A stretch of DNA of 63,711 nucleotides, filler included, from Octopus bimaculoides (Eukaryota): NCBI RefSeq assembly GCF_001194135.2. It is 5 parts of 5 records of this genome, joined end to end, with 100 filler letters (N's around TTAATTAATTAA, not from the genome) between each part and the next. Parts side by side here need not be neighbours in the genome. Positions count along the whole stretch, not along the records: positions 44,127 to 56,243 come from NC_068985.1; positions 56,344 to 63,711 come from NC_068983.1; 3 more parts are not named here. One strand, 5' to 3'. Shown one piece after another: positions 51,433-63,652 of the stretch (positions are counted from its first letter, which is position 1; the number at the start of each line of letters is the position of its first letter). Made by a program: the position numbers and the translations under genes. The notes under the pieces are model-generated. The model had not been told where the DNA came from and did no database searches. It saw nothing but the letters and a program-made list of their open reading frames with translations.

Positions 51433-52542
51433 TATTGAGGGTAGGGTAAGTAAACAGCCTAACAGCTATCGTTAGACGGAATGGGTGGGGATGGGGGAAC
51501 AAACAAACCCAAACACACACGCTAACGCATACATACACACGCACATATACACACAAAAGACATGCATACATACATATAGGCGATGAGATTCCATAGAATG
51601 GAAGGCACCTAACAAGGGTGCCGCGCAGTTAGACTGAATTCAAAGACAAGTGGTTTACCATCAGAAACTACACGTACCCACTAAAGAACTTTGTATGCAA
51701 CTACTTCTTTCGTTAAAAGCCAACTACGGAAATGCCACACTGGAGACTTCCGGGTTTCTATTAAAGCAGCAGAACGAAAGACTGGGAGCATGAGAATAGA
51801 AGGAGCTATCTTAATTAGCAGGATCAACTCCCATGCTGCATATTCTTTTCTTGAGTTTACATACAGTCGTAGTTTGCCGTTGTGTTCTACTGGTTTACTT
51901 ATCAAAGGGAGCAAAGAAATCAGTGACACTCTAACAGCTTCTCTACTAGACGAAATCCGTATTGTATGATTGAACACCTAATTTGTATTTACGAAGCCCT
52001 GTGAATAATGTTCAACGAACCAGTCAGTACATCAGATACAAAATCTAAACGGCTTCTCGAATTGAAAACAATATATTATAAAACAATAACGTCGGAACCT
52101 CTCCAAAAATATAGTCTTTATTACCTCTACAACTCTAATATCCAAAGTCTATAATGATTTTATTTGTCATCCTTGAAAGTAAGTAACAATTTAGTATATC
52201 ATGTTAAATGCTATACTGTCATATTCGGCTGCAAAAGGCAACCGCTGGAAAACCAGGATACGATGAAAAGTAGCAAGAGAGGACAACAAATTTTAATATG
52301 ACAAGCATTAATCACTTAACAGAGTTGAATAACGTACTGCACTGTTAAATAATTCAGGTAAACAAAGCAACTGAAAATTCTGATGTGACACAGAATATAT
52401 TTGATTAAAATAAAAATCATATTGCAATAAGTTGGTAATAAACAGCAACTTTGGCATAAGTTGAAAGTAATGAACATTGCGGATATTAAACTGAAAAAAA
52501 AAAAAACCAACAGTAGGCTGGTAGCGTCATTGCAAAATCTTC

Positions 52543-52587
<45 letters not shown>

Positions 52588-54060
52588 GGATGCATATTGA
52601 AGATGGAGTTAGTACAAAGAAAGAACCACTCTGAAATATTAGCAGTAGGAATGGAAAATGTTTAGAAAAAGCAAAACTGGTTATTGTAGTATAAAAACAT
52701 GTGCAAACAAAAGAAATGTATTTTCTAATATATGAGGAAATAATAAATTAACAACAGCAACAACAACATATATACATACACATTAAAAAAATGGTTTCGT
52801 ACAAGGACAGACCGATAAACAAGATTAAACAAGGGAAATAAAAGTGGAATCTGTTTTACGAAATGAGAAATACAGAGAGAATTACTCGGTTGTCAACAAC
52901 CGGCATCGTTCGACAGAGAAAATAAGCAAGAGTTAAAACCAACAGTGGCAGACTGATTCTGCAATAAAAGTAGAGACAGATGTCTAGCCACACAATGCTA
53001 TCAGAAGATAATGAAAACGAGGCTGATATCAAATTCAGACTTTTCTGCTAGTTCAATGAATCTATTGAATACATCATTTCCGGTTACAAAGTCCTTACAA
53101 AGTCTAATTGTAACCAAAGACACGACCGAACCGATAGTAATTACCATTACGGCATATGCTGACTCCTCTGCATAAAAGAGGATAAGAATTAGTATAATCA
53201 CGCTTCAAATTCAATATATAATAAAGACCTGGACATACTGAAGCAGGACATGTGAACTGACAAGATCATGTCAAACATTCTAGATATAATTATTAACGAT
53301 GGAAATTAAAATCGAGGGACATCTTGAATCTTTTTATTAAAAATGATGCGAAGACAACTGTCAAAAATCTGTCAGAATTCAACCACCTTGACAAGGAAAT
53401 AAGCAACACAGAGCGAGATAGTAACAATGGTAAAAATAATTAGTAGCATTCGAAGTAAGATAAATAGCCTAAAATCACATTGCGCAGTTCACAAAACACA
53501 GAACTTACATTGTTAGCTGCATTCAATATACCGTATTTTAACGTGTATAAGGAACCCATTTTTGTCAAAAATTAGGTTAAAAAATATGGCAGTTTCTTAT
53601 ACATGGATAGTATTGTAATCTTTTACAAAATCTTTTTTACAAATTTTAAGCCTCCCAAAATTAGGAGGCTCCTTACGCACGAGGGTCCTTTATAAACGTT
53701 AAAATAAAGTAATTCATTGCACAAATCACAGACTTTAGACCATCATCCAATTCCGAAACACACAACAAAATGTACACAATCTATACAAAATACTGTACAC
53801 AACTTGTATTGTACTTGTTGTCCATCACACATGGACGAAATGAAGAAAGAACGGCATAGACTATAGAAACCCCAGCACAAAACAAAGTCGCTTTCTATAA
53901 ACTGCGCTTGTTTCTACATGGAATGGCTGTAAGCGTTTAAAATTCTCTATCGGTCGTATTAATTTTTCCTACTATCTGGCGTCAGACAGACTTCAGATCG
54001 GACTAAAAGTTCTGACACCACCGGGGCCCTAATCGTAGATTTTCCTTGTTAGTTCTCATA

Positions 54061-54280
54061 TTGGTTTCAAATTCTGACACAAGGCCAGCACATTTGGAGG
54101 AGGGATACATCAATAACATCAGCCCCAGTGCTCAAGTGGTACTTATTATTTTTCGACTCTAAAAAGCTGAAAGTCAAATCCGACTTCGGCGGAATTTGAA
54201 CTCTGAACGTAAAGACGTATGAAATCCGAAAGATTCAATTGATTGATTTACATTATTCTTCGCGGGTGAGCTGGAGTGAC
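54061..54280 (-). mobile_element. SINE family A, diverged
   Basis: TTGGTTTCAAATTCTGACACAAGGCCAGC tail and GGCGGAATTTGAACTCTGAACGTAAAGAC head region. Confidence 0.75.
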
Positions 54281-55510
54281 TTGAATAATGGGACAATAAT
54301 ATTTTATTATTTGCCTTGTTTGTTAAGTTACATGCATGGCTGGGTTCCGCAAACAGCCTCACAGATATATAAAAGAAAAGTTTCCCTCATCTACAGCTAA
54401 TATAATGCTACTTAATCTACGACTAATAAACTCGAAATGATATATCCTACAATAAGTCTTACACTACAGCAGTAAAGGAGATTACTAACTGTTTAATCCA
54501 ATCTGTCTACGTACAAATTTCAGTTTTACTATGAATTACCAGCATCTTTTATCAGTCTGCGTCTGTAAAGTCACGCTCATTTTAGGATACTTGCTCGACT
54601 ATCGCCGATACGTTCCGTTCAGTCATTCATCTCTTGCTTCCCGTGAGGAAGAAATCAATGGAATTTGATTCCTGCAATTTTGAAACAAGTCTATCAAAAA
54701 AATCAAAAGGAAGGAAGTATTTACTTGATGTAGCATTTTCTTTGCAAAACTACGAAAGTCCTGAAGCTATATATGGTAAGCCCAGTAGAATAAAAACGAA
54801 AAATGCTGTGTTTAAATAGTTTTGATTGAAAAATGATACACTAAAATCTATGCATTTCTAAAACTCTGTTACAATCTGATTAATCTATGGAAGCAGTTTA
54901 TGTAGAAGGATAGACGCCATTTCGTCTAAAGTTGGATGTCTTAGTCATCTCATTTAAACTCCTAAGCGCAAGTAGATTGCAGAAAACAAAACAAAAGTTG
55001 TTTCATTTTGGGTTTGCAACGGCAGAAATGGAAGAAAAATATGTGTGTTTACTTTATAACCTCGAGTTATTTCCGTTACCAGCAAATATAGTGTAAAAAT
55101 ACCACAGAGAATTAATACTTGTAGCTATGCAAGTGTTTATATAATAAGTACTTAATAAAATACTTCAGGAATAAACGATTAGAAAAGGAAGTATTCAGCT
55201 TAAAGACTCTCAATATACATACATACATACAAACAAACGCACGCACAGAAACGCACACTTACACACACACATACACACACACATTTACACACATATATAG
55301 ACATTGAGAGACAAACAGCAAATAGGGTATTCTAAATAAACACATAAGAAAATACGTCTTATCATAAGGGAGTCTTTGCTGTTTTTCGAAATGAAAAGAA
55401 AGGAAACCTAAAAGAATTATCAAACGATTTACGCTTCAGAAAGAGGAAAACAAATTAGCGTAAAACTAGAAAATTCATATTTTTCTTCTGAATTATTCCA
55501 TCTCAAAATA

Positions 55511-55650
55511 TTGGTTTCAAATTTGGCGCAAAACCAGCGTTTTATGAGGAGGGGTTAGTTTGATGTCTTCGAACCTCGTACTCAACGTGTGCTTATTTTT
55601 ATCGACCCCGAAATGATGGAAAGCGAACTTGACCTCGGCGGAATCACAGC
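55511..55650 (-). mobile_element. SINE family A fragment
   Basis: TTGGTTTCAAATTTGGCGCAAAACCAGC..TTTTATCGACCCCGAAATGATGG..GACCTCGGCGGAAT. Confidence 0.7.
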
Positions 55651-55866
55651 TCCAAGTATTGGGCGGATTTTCATATTTTCCTTGATCGCAACATATACTT
55701 GCTTTAGATGCCGCAATACAACAATTTTTGTTACGTCATATGTAAACAAACAAGTTTGTTTTTGAAGCATTGACATGTATTGTAGAACAAGTAGAAAGAT
55801 AAATCTTTTTATCAACACGTAAATACTTATTCAACGGATATTTGTCCTCATCTTGTTTGTGGTTAA

Positions 55867-55908
55867 CACAATGTTTCGGCTGATATACCCTCCAGCCTTC
55901 ATCAGGTG
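55867..55908 (-). ncRNA. Minimal (PLE-type) hammerhead ribozyme motif within a pseudo-LTR fragment (~55820-55945)
   Basis: Minus strand CAC-CTGATGA-A-GGCTG-GAGGGTATAT-CAGCC-GAA-ACAT-T-GTG: canonical CUGANGA, perfect 5-bp stem II, GAAA and a 3-bp stem I. The stem III palindrome ACGT is changed to ACAT. Activity is not shown. Confidence 0.65.
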
Positions 55909-55957
55909 GCTTGGGGAAATTTCGAACCTGGGTTCTCATTCCTGTAGTAGTTTTCGA

Positions 55958-55958
<1 letters not shown>

Positions 55959-56009
<51 letters not shown>

Positions 56010-56243
56010 GTTGTTGTTCATTAGTTTTATTTTTATAACGTGCTTTCACTTCACTACCTAGCGCAGCTCTGTGTGCCTTGGGTATTTGCTGTGGTTTGCT
56101 GTGATGCTCTTATGGTTACTGTATTGAAAGTGATTTGCGTAGGATGTATGCAGTGCCCAGTAGTGTAATTTTCTGTATGTTATATATATTTGTAAGTCCT
56201 GGTGGTTTTGTTATGTATTTGTCTGAATATTTTTTTACTATAC
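55959..56243 (-). mobile_element. R4/Dong-like retrotransposon 3' end with (AAT)n tail
   Basis: Minus frame KPPGLTNIYNIQKITLLGTAYILRKSLSIQ* (stop at 56116-56118), then a ~105-nt 3' UTR and (AAT)n. Confidence 0.85.
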
Positions 56244-56379
56244 NNNNNNNNNNNNNNNNNNNNNNNNNNNNNNNNNNNNNNNNNNNNTTAATTAATTAAN
56301 NNNNNNNNNNNNNNNNNNNNNNNNNNNNNNNNNNNNNNNNNNNAGAAGAAGAAGAAGAAGAAGAAGAAGAAGAAGAAGA

Positions 56380-56417
<38 letters not shown>

Positions 56418-56753
56418 GCCAAACTCTAACACATTCACCCTTGCATGACGTAAGCAGAACATAAGTGATGGTTTGTTATGAAACTTAAAACCCAATTTTT
56501 CCATTGTTTGAACTTGAACTCAAACAACAATCAAATGCCACACGCAAACCGCTATTCCTTCATTCTAAAGTTGCATTCCATAATCAAGTCATGCTATAAT
56601 TGGAATTAATAATATTCCAACGGAATAATTCAATTAATGCATTATTTTCATTATTCGTGTGTCGAAAAGCCAAAGCTTTGCAGCAGCAGCAGCTCCACGG
56701 GGCTGGGCAATTGAAATATTTATGATTTCTTCTTTTTTCTCTTTTTTTTGCGA

Positions 56754-56799
<46 letters not shown>

Positions 56800-56919
56800 A
56801 CACCATCACCACCAATGTCTTCTTTTCTCACCCATAAATTTTTCTGTCAAAATCGTTTTAATGGCTTTATTGAAGGGTCTCCAGAAATCGTCTGCTTTTC
56901 TCTGTTTTATATTAGTCGT

Positions 56920-58090
56920 TGCTTATTTTATTAGTCGTTGCTCATTCAAAATATAATCGCTGTCGTTAGCAATATTTTTCCTGCCCGGAAACCACTTTCC
57001 TGATTCCTTGGGCTAAAGAAACTAATCTTCCTTACAACTTGGTCGCTGCACCGTTTTGATTTTTCTGTTATCTTTTATCTTTTCCTTGTTTCAGTGATGT
57101 TGGGACACTGCCTTTAAGAATTTTTAGTCGAAGGCATCGATTCTAGTACTTTCTTTTTTCTTTTTTTTTTTTGGTAAGCCTAAAACTTATTCCATCGGTC
57201 TCTTTCGTCGAATCGCTATGTTACGGAGACATAAACACACCAGCACCGGTTGTTAAACGGTGAGGGACAAACACAGGTACAAAGATAAACACACACACTC
57301 ACGTAGATATATACATATATAGGATGGGCTTCTTTCAGTTTTCGTCTACCAAATCCACTCACAAGGCTTTGGTCGGTCCTTGGCTATAGTAGAAGATACT
57401 TGCCCAAGGTGCTACGCAGTGGGACTGAACCTTCAACCATATGGTTGGGAAGCAAGCTTCTTACCACACAGCCACGAATGTCTTTACAATTGTAAGGTGT
57501 TTGAGTGACTCCTGAAAATCTGACAATGCTAGGTCTGGTGAGTAGGAAGGATGAGATAGAAACCCCTCCCCAGCCGAATGAATTTGCCTTTACTTGCGTT
57601 ATTTTCGCTGAATGTGGCCTTGCATTATTCTGTTGCAAGATGACCCCAGTTTTGTAGATAAGAATTGGTTTTTGAGCAAAATTCGATCGACACGTTCCAG
57701 TTCTGCGTTGATGCTTTTCCCTTGTTCCAATAATTCGAAGTGGACGATACCTGTTGTGTTCCACTAAACACTCAGCAAAATCTTCTTTGCGTGTTGATCT
57801 GGTTTCAGAGTAGGAATCAAATTTTCAGATGACAATAGCTACAGCTCTTACGTTTATTGTTGGCATAAACAATCCATTTTTCATTATCTGTAGCAATTCG
57901 ATTAAGAAAAAGCCTTTGTTCCGAGCTGATCAGCAAATTGTGGGACACACTGCTTTTTTCGCGGAGTAAAGTTCATGAGGTACCCACTTCCTTTTTCTTT
58001 TGTACGTTTTCCCAATCTGCATGAGATGATCTTGCACAGTGGACCAAAGTTTATTTACACTCCAGGATCAGGTCTCGATTCTTTGACGCA
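56920..58090 (-). mobile_element. mariner (DD34D-type) transposase remnant interrupted by a SINE
   Basis: WVPHEL, DNEKWIVYANN, GIVHFELLEQGKSINAE, QQNNARPH and HPSYSPDLALSDF motifs at 57480-58090. A probable C-terminus (QGIRKV..DSDYI) lies at ~56920-57030. Confidence 0.85.
57060..57476 (-). mobile_element. SINE family B, long form, nested in the mariner remnant
   Basis: Reverse complement of GTGGCTGTGTGGTAAGAAGCTTGCTTCCCAACCATATGG...GAAAACTGAAAGAAGCCC plus the 3' extension. Confidence 0.85.
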
Positions 58091-58166
58091 GATCTACAAT
58101 TGCTGCTTTCAGTGTGTCATTACTGCGAACAATTGATTGCCGGGGAAACTTCGTGGAGGCCCGCCC

Positions 58167-58247
<81 letters not shown>

Positions 58248-58641
58248 ATACAATTGCCACGTGGGAAATGTTTATAAGCCATTAAAAAAAATACAGTCAA
58301 AAACCGTTAGATTCACTTCAACATTTAAATTTAATTTGTCAAAATATTTTTGTCGCTTTGAGACCGCGACCTGTTCACTGACAAAATGCAGCATAAAATT
58401 TTGNNNNNNNNNNNNNNNNNNNNNNNNNNNNNNNNNNNNNNNNNNNNNNNNNNNNNNNNNNNNNNNNNNNNNNNNNNNNNNNNNNNNNNNNNNNNNNNNN
58501 NNNNNNNNNNNNNNNNNNNNNNNNNNNNNNNNNNNNNNNNNNNNNNNNNNNNNNNNNNNNNNNNNNNNNNNNNNNNNNNNNNNNNNNNNNNNNNNNNNNN
58601 NNNNNNNNNNNNNNNNNNNNNNNNNNNNNNNNNNNNNNNNN

Positions 58642-58674
<33 letters not shown>

Positions 58675-58677
<3 letters not shown>

Positions 58678-58860
58678 TGAATTCACAGAAAAACAAAAGA
58701 CGAAGACAGGTGGTGTAGACAACAAACAGATGTATTAGTATAACGCTCGGGAAGTGAAAAAGTCATTAACGTTTCGAGCCTATGCTCTTCTACAGAAAGA
58801 AACACAGAAAGAAACAAGGAGAGAAAATAAAGAGAGAGAAAATAACTAGAGAGGAAATAA
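58675..58860 (-). mobile_element. PLE pseudo-LTR fragment with hammerhead-like motif (58764-58799)
   Basis: Minus strand TTT-CTGTAGA-A-GAGC-ATAG-GCTC-GAA-ACGT-T-AAT. Its end abuts (TA)n, as at 47594. Confidence 0.75.
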
Positions 58861-59232
58861 AGAAAAAAAAATATATATGCATGTGTGTATATATAAATAT
58901 GTAGGTAGTTGTAACACAATGTCAGAATTAACATGGAGATTTATTTGGCTTTGCGACATATGCCAATTTAAGCCAGCGTCAGTAGTGAACATGATTCCTT
59001 TCTACTTCGTTTTTAATCATGCGATATGTCGTCTGGCTAGGCAGGACAAGGTGTAGGGCGAGTGTGTGTCTGTGTATGCAGGTGTGTAAGTGTATGTGCT
59101 TGCGAATGTTTGACCGAATGTATGTATGTGTGTGTGTGAGTGTGTATGTGTGCATATATACATTTGCATACAATTCTCCGACATGTATGCGTACACAATA
59201 TCAATACGTACATACACACGTATATGTGTGTG

Positions 59233-59295
<63 letters not shown>

Positions 59296-59476
59296 ATANN
59301 NNNNNNNNNNNNNNNNNNNNNNNNNNNNNNNNNNNNNNNNNNNNNNNNNNNNNNNNNNNNNNNNNNNNNNNNNNNNNNNNNNNNNNNNNNNNNNNNNNNN
59401 NNNNNNNNNNNNNNNNNNNNNNNNNNNNNNNNNNNNNNNNNNNNNNNNNNNNNNNNNNNNNNNNNNNNNNNNNNNN

Positions 59477-59542
<66 letters not shown>

Positions 59543-59667
59543 TATGTAGCGTATGATCCTGGTCATAACACAAGCTAGATAGATATATGGGAGAAAACGT
59601 GTACATTTATACATACATACATACACACACATATACGCATACATACATATACACACGCACACACGCA

Positions 59668-59720
<53 letters not shown>

Positions 59721-62700
59721 GCACATACAGATTCTTATGTATATACATTTATAAATATATACATACATACATGCATAGATGTGTAGGTGAAGAAAGTAGC
59801 AACACGGCATATGCTTTAAGCATATTAATATTAATTCTGTATTATTATGTTACGAACATTAATATGGTATTACATTAAGAAATATGTGCCTGGGCGTGTA
59901 TGTATGTGAGTGGAGGTGTGTATGAGTGTGTCAACGAAATTGACGGGAAAAAGAAGAAAACAAACAAAAATGAATGGATAATGGGGAAGGGGATGAGGGG
60001 AAGAAAAAAAATATTGCAGAATGAAGGAGACGATGATGAAAACGTAGAAAGAAGAGAAAGAGACAGAAAAAGAAGTAAATAAATGAATAAATAAATAAAT
60101 ATATCTTCGTCATCCCAACTGCGACGCTCACAAAGGAGCGGCGGCGTTTGGAGTAAATCTTCCACGTTGATCACACTCTATAATGAAGTCGTAATACGAG
60201 AGAAAGTCTCCTTATCTGCGAAAAACATCCGAAAACATCCGCCATTAATGAAGCTATCAAGGAATTCTGCTCACAGCCACCAGACGCATACAATGACAGG
60301 CACACACACACACAAACACACTGACTGAACGATATATCGATATACACATATATACACACGTAATGAAATACAAAGAAATATAAATATATATATATAATAT
60401 ATATATAAATATATATATATAATATATATTACATATATATAGTATATATATTGCATTTGTATTCATTTACAATTGCTCATTTCTCTTTTATCTTTTCTAT
60501 TATTTTGATACAGACATGCGTAACCGACTGATTGACTGGGTTTATCACTTACATACTCACAGACGAATATAAAGCATATATAATATAATAATATATACGT
60601 AATGTATATAATATATAGCACATATAAATGATAATATGTAATATAATGATACGTATATCGAGTTCCTTTATACACAGGTATATATATATAATACATATAT
60701 ATACATATATATATGTACATAGTGTGTATATATATATGAGTGTGTGTATGCTCCGCGTGTGTGAGTATATATATATATATATATATNNNNNNNNNNNNNN
60801 NNNNNNNNNNNNNNNNNNNNNNNNNNNNNNNNNNNNNNNNNNNNNNNNNNNNNNNNNNNNNNNNNNNNNNNNNNNNNNNNNNNNNNNNNNNNNNNNNNNN
60901 NNNNNNNNNNNNNNNNNNNNNNNNNNNNNNNNNNNNNNNNNNNNNNNNNNNNNNNNNNNNNNNNNNNNNNNNNNNNNNNNNNNNNNNNNNNNNNNNNNNN
61001 NNNNNNNNNNNNNNNNNNNNNNNNNNNNNNNNNNNNNNNNNNNNNNNNNNNNNNNNNNNNNNNNNNNNNNNNNNNNNNNNNNNNNNNNNNNNNNNNNNNN
61101 NNNNNNNNNNNNNNNNNNNNNNNNNNNNNNNNNNNNNNNNNNNNNNNNNNNNNNNNNNNNNNNNNNNNNNNNNNNNNNNNNNNNNNNNNNNNNNNNNNNN
61201 NNNNNNNNNNNNNNNNNNNNNNNNNNNNNNNNNNNNNNNNNNNNNNNNNNNNNNNNNNNNNNNNNNNNNNNNNNNNNNNNNNNNNNNNNNNNNNNNNNNN
61301 NNNNNNNNNNNNNNNNNNNNNNNNNNNNNNNNNNNNNNNNNNNNNNNNNNNNNNNNNNNNNNNNNNNNNNNNNNNNNNNNNNNNNNNNNNNNNNNNNNNN
61401 NNNNNNNNNNNNNNNNNNNNNNNNNNNNNNNNNNNNNNNNNNNNNNNNNNNNNNNNNNNNNCCATGCAATAAAAGAAAATCTAATGTCTAATGTCCCTCA
61501 AGTGGTTTAATCGTAGTTGTATTGCAGCTGTTTTGGCCAAAAAGGAAAAAGAAAAAAAAGACCAGGGCCAATAACTGGGTACACCTATATTTCATATGCC
61601 TGCAGGTCATAAATGATATAGAAACCTATAATTCAAAGGACATTGGGAAATTTGTGGGTATTTCCATACATGCAATAAAGGCGGCTATTGCACCTGTTGT
61701 ATTAAACAACATCCATGACTTGCATATGAAGATGTGGTATATTTTAATTTTGTCGTATCGTAGCAAGAGGGCGTTGACAAAGTGTTAGTAAAAAGGGACA
61801 ATAGTTTTAAAAAACGTTTGAAAAGCTTACTGTCTCCTCTTGTTTTCTGTTCTGTATTGTTATGTGCTACAGTTGTCCGACTCACATATTCTACTTATAT
61901 ATCTCATGTAACAGTCTGACTCATGAAGTACACATGCTTCATGCAAACATTGAGATTCTAATTTTACACTTGCTGTCTAAATCGTATTTGTAGCCTCGTT
62001 TTGATGATGCTCAGCCTAGATAACTCTTGATCAAGTAAACCTATAACCAAAAGCATCTCAGCCGTCTACATCCTTCCCCCTCTGTGCAGAGACCCTAGAA
62101 CATCCAACGTGCCCTTTTCTAAGACGTCAGGATATGCACTGAGGGAAATTTGGACGCTGTTTCTTGCTAGTTAAGCAGCAACTTAGAGGTAAAATCTGGT
62201 GTTTTCGCCAAAAATCCTATTCTTTCTGTTTTATGAGTATTTTAATGGCTTATTCAGTCGTTCAATAACAAAGATGTATTTGATCCAAGCAGTATATATA
62301 GTATATGTGACTTGTGTCGGTTACATCTGTATGGGTGTATTTGTTCTTATATTATACTAAAGCATTGTCAATAAATGTGACTGAACGTTGGTCACAAGGT
62401 TAGTTGTTTGTTTAATCATATTCATGTCTATTTGTATATTGTATTTTGTTGATAAGGATATAAAGGCTGTCTTCGGAAAAGATTTTATTACCGACAAGGG
62501 CAGTCACTATCCCCGCGAATATAAAGACATTTGTGTGTTTTTCATAACAGACGTGATATACAAATAAACTATTATTCGCGAGTTTATTTATAAAAAATGA
62601 ATATTTGGTTGTGTTATCTAAATTTATACTTGAACTCAGTTGAACGATGAATTTGAAACTGATTGGTTGAAAGTTATCTTTATGTGTGTATTTGTGTTTA

Positions 62701-62863
62701 TAATTAGTTTTTAACGGCTGGAATCGAAGGCTAAAAACTTATAAATAAGAACGTAGAGAATATTGGGTTAAAAGCCCCTCTTGCATGCTAATATTTATAG
62801 CTTTATCTGTTCCACCGTTAAAAATTATTTACTTTATATATCTTGAAGTTTCTTAATTCTTAA

Positions 62864-62896
62864 TTCTGTTGAAGAGCGTAGGCTCGAAATATAAAA
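62864..62896 (+). ncRNA. Hammerhead-like motif of the same PLE family (degenerate)
   Basis: TT-CTGTTGA-A-GAGC-GTAG-GCTC-GAA-ATAT-A-AAA. Confidence 0.5.
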
Positions 62897-62967
62897 GACT
62901 TGGTTGTATGTCTACTACATAGAGATATAATTACATATAATTACATATTATTACATATTACATTTTA

Positions 62968-63652
62968 CAGGGAGAACGGACGTTTTTGAAAAATTCACGA
63001 AATCATTAACTTTAGCTGCAAACGAATTTTCTTGACATCAGTGTGTTCGTATTGAATTAACTTTTGTCAAAACCAAGTGTGGAAAACAACATCCATCATG
63101 TGGTGTCCGTTTTCATTGATGCATTTCTGAAGGCGTTCTTGGAAGTTGACCTCCACTCTCTCCAGCATTGCTCTGTCGATTTGGTTAACTTCTACGCGAA
63201 TAGCTTCCTTCAAATCGTCCAATGTACAGGGCTTATACACACACATGGACAAATCAGGGGACAGAAGGGGTGGGGGTAAGAAATGTCAGCGAACCTGGAA
63301 ATGAGGCGGTCACCGAAGAGAGGGGTAAGAACATCTATTCATGCTCTGGCTGTGTGGGCCGTCGCCCCATCCTGCTGAAACAACACACGTCGAATAGGTA
63401 TACATTTTCGTCGTAATTTAGGCACAAAGAAGCTGTAATGCTCGGAGTTCACAGTAACAGCATTTCCATTGTTGTCTTCAAAGAAATAAGGACCAATGAC
63501 GGCAGCTTTTCCAACAGCACACCCAAACGTCACTTTTGGGCTGTGCATTGGTCTTTCGTGCAGTTCTCTCGGATTTTCAAGAGCTCAATAACGACAGCTC
63601 TGTTGATTCACCATGCCATTGAGATGAAATTGAGATTCATCACTCATTCGCA
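62968..63652 (-). mobile_element. Tc1/mariner (rosa/DD41D-like) transposase remnant with one terminus
   Basis: SDESQFHLNGMVNQQSC..ENPRELHERPMHSPKVT..VIGPYFFED..TVNSEHY..FQQDGATAHTARA..GDRLISR..KPCTLDDLKEAI..RLQKCINENGHH. The terminus reads TA-CAGGG at 62966-62972. The third-D region is deleted, so the spacing cannot be counted here. Confidence 0.8.

Noticed and set aside
60101-60330. CpG-containing stretch with an open plus frame (possible exon)
   Set aside because: No recognisable homology and no convincing splice sites.
5864-61510. Long ORFs of 150-370 aa in the ORF track
   Set aside because: They are made of N runs or di/trinucleotide repeats (YIYI, CVCV, THTH, poly-I/N) and are not coding evidence.
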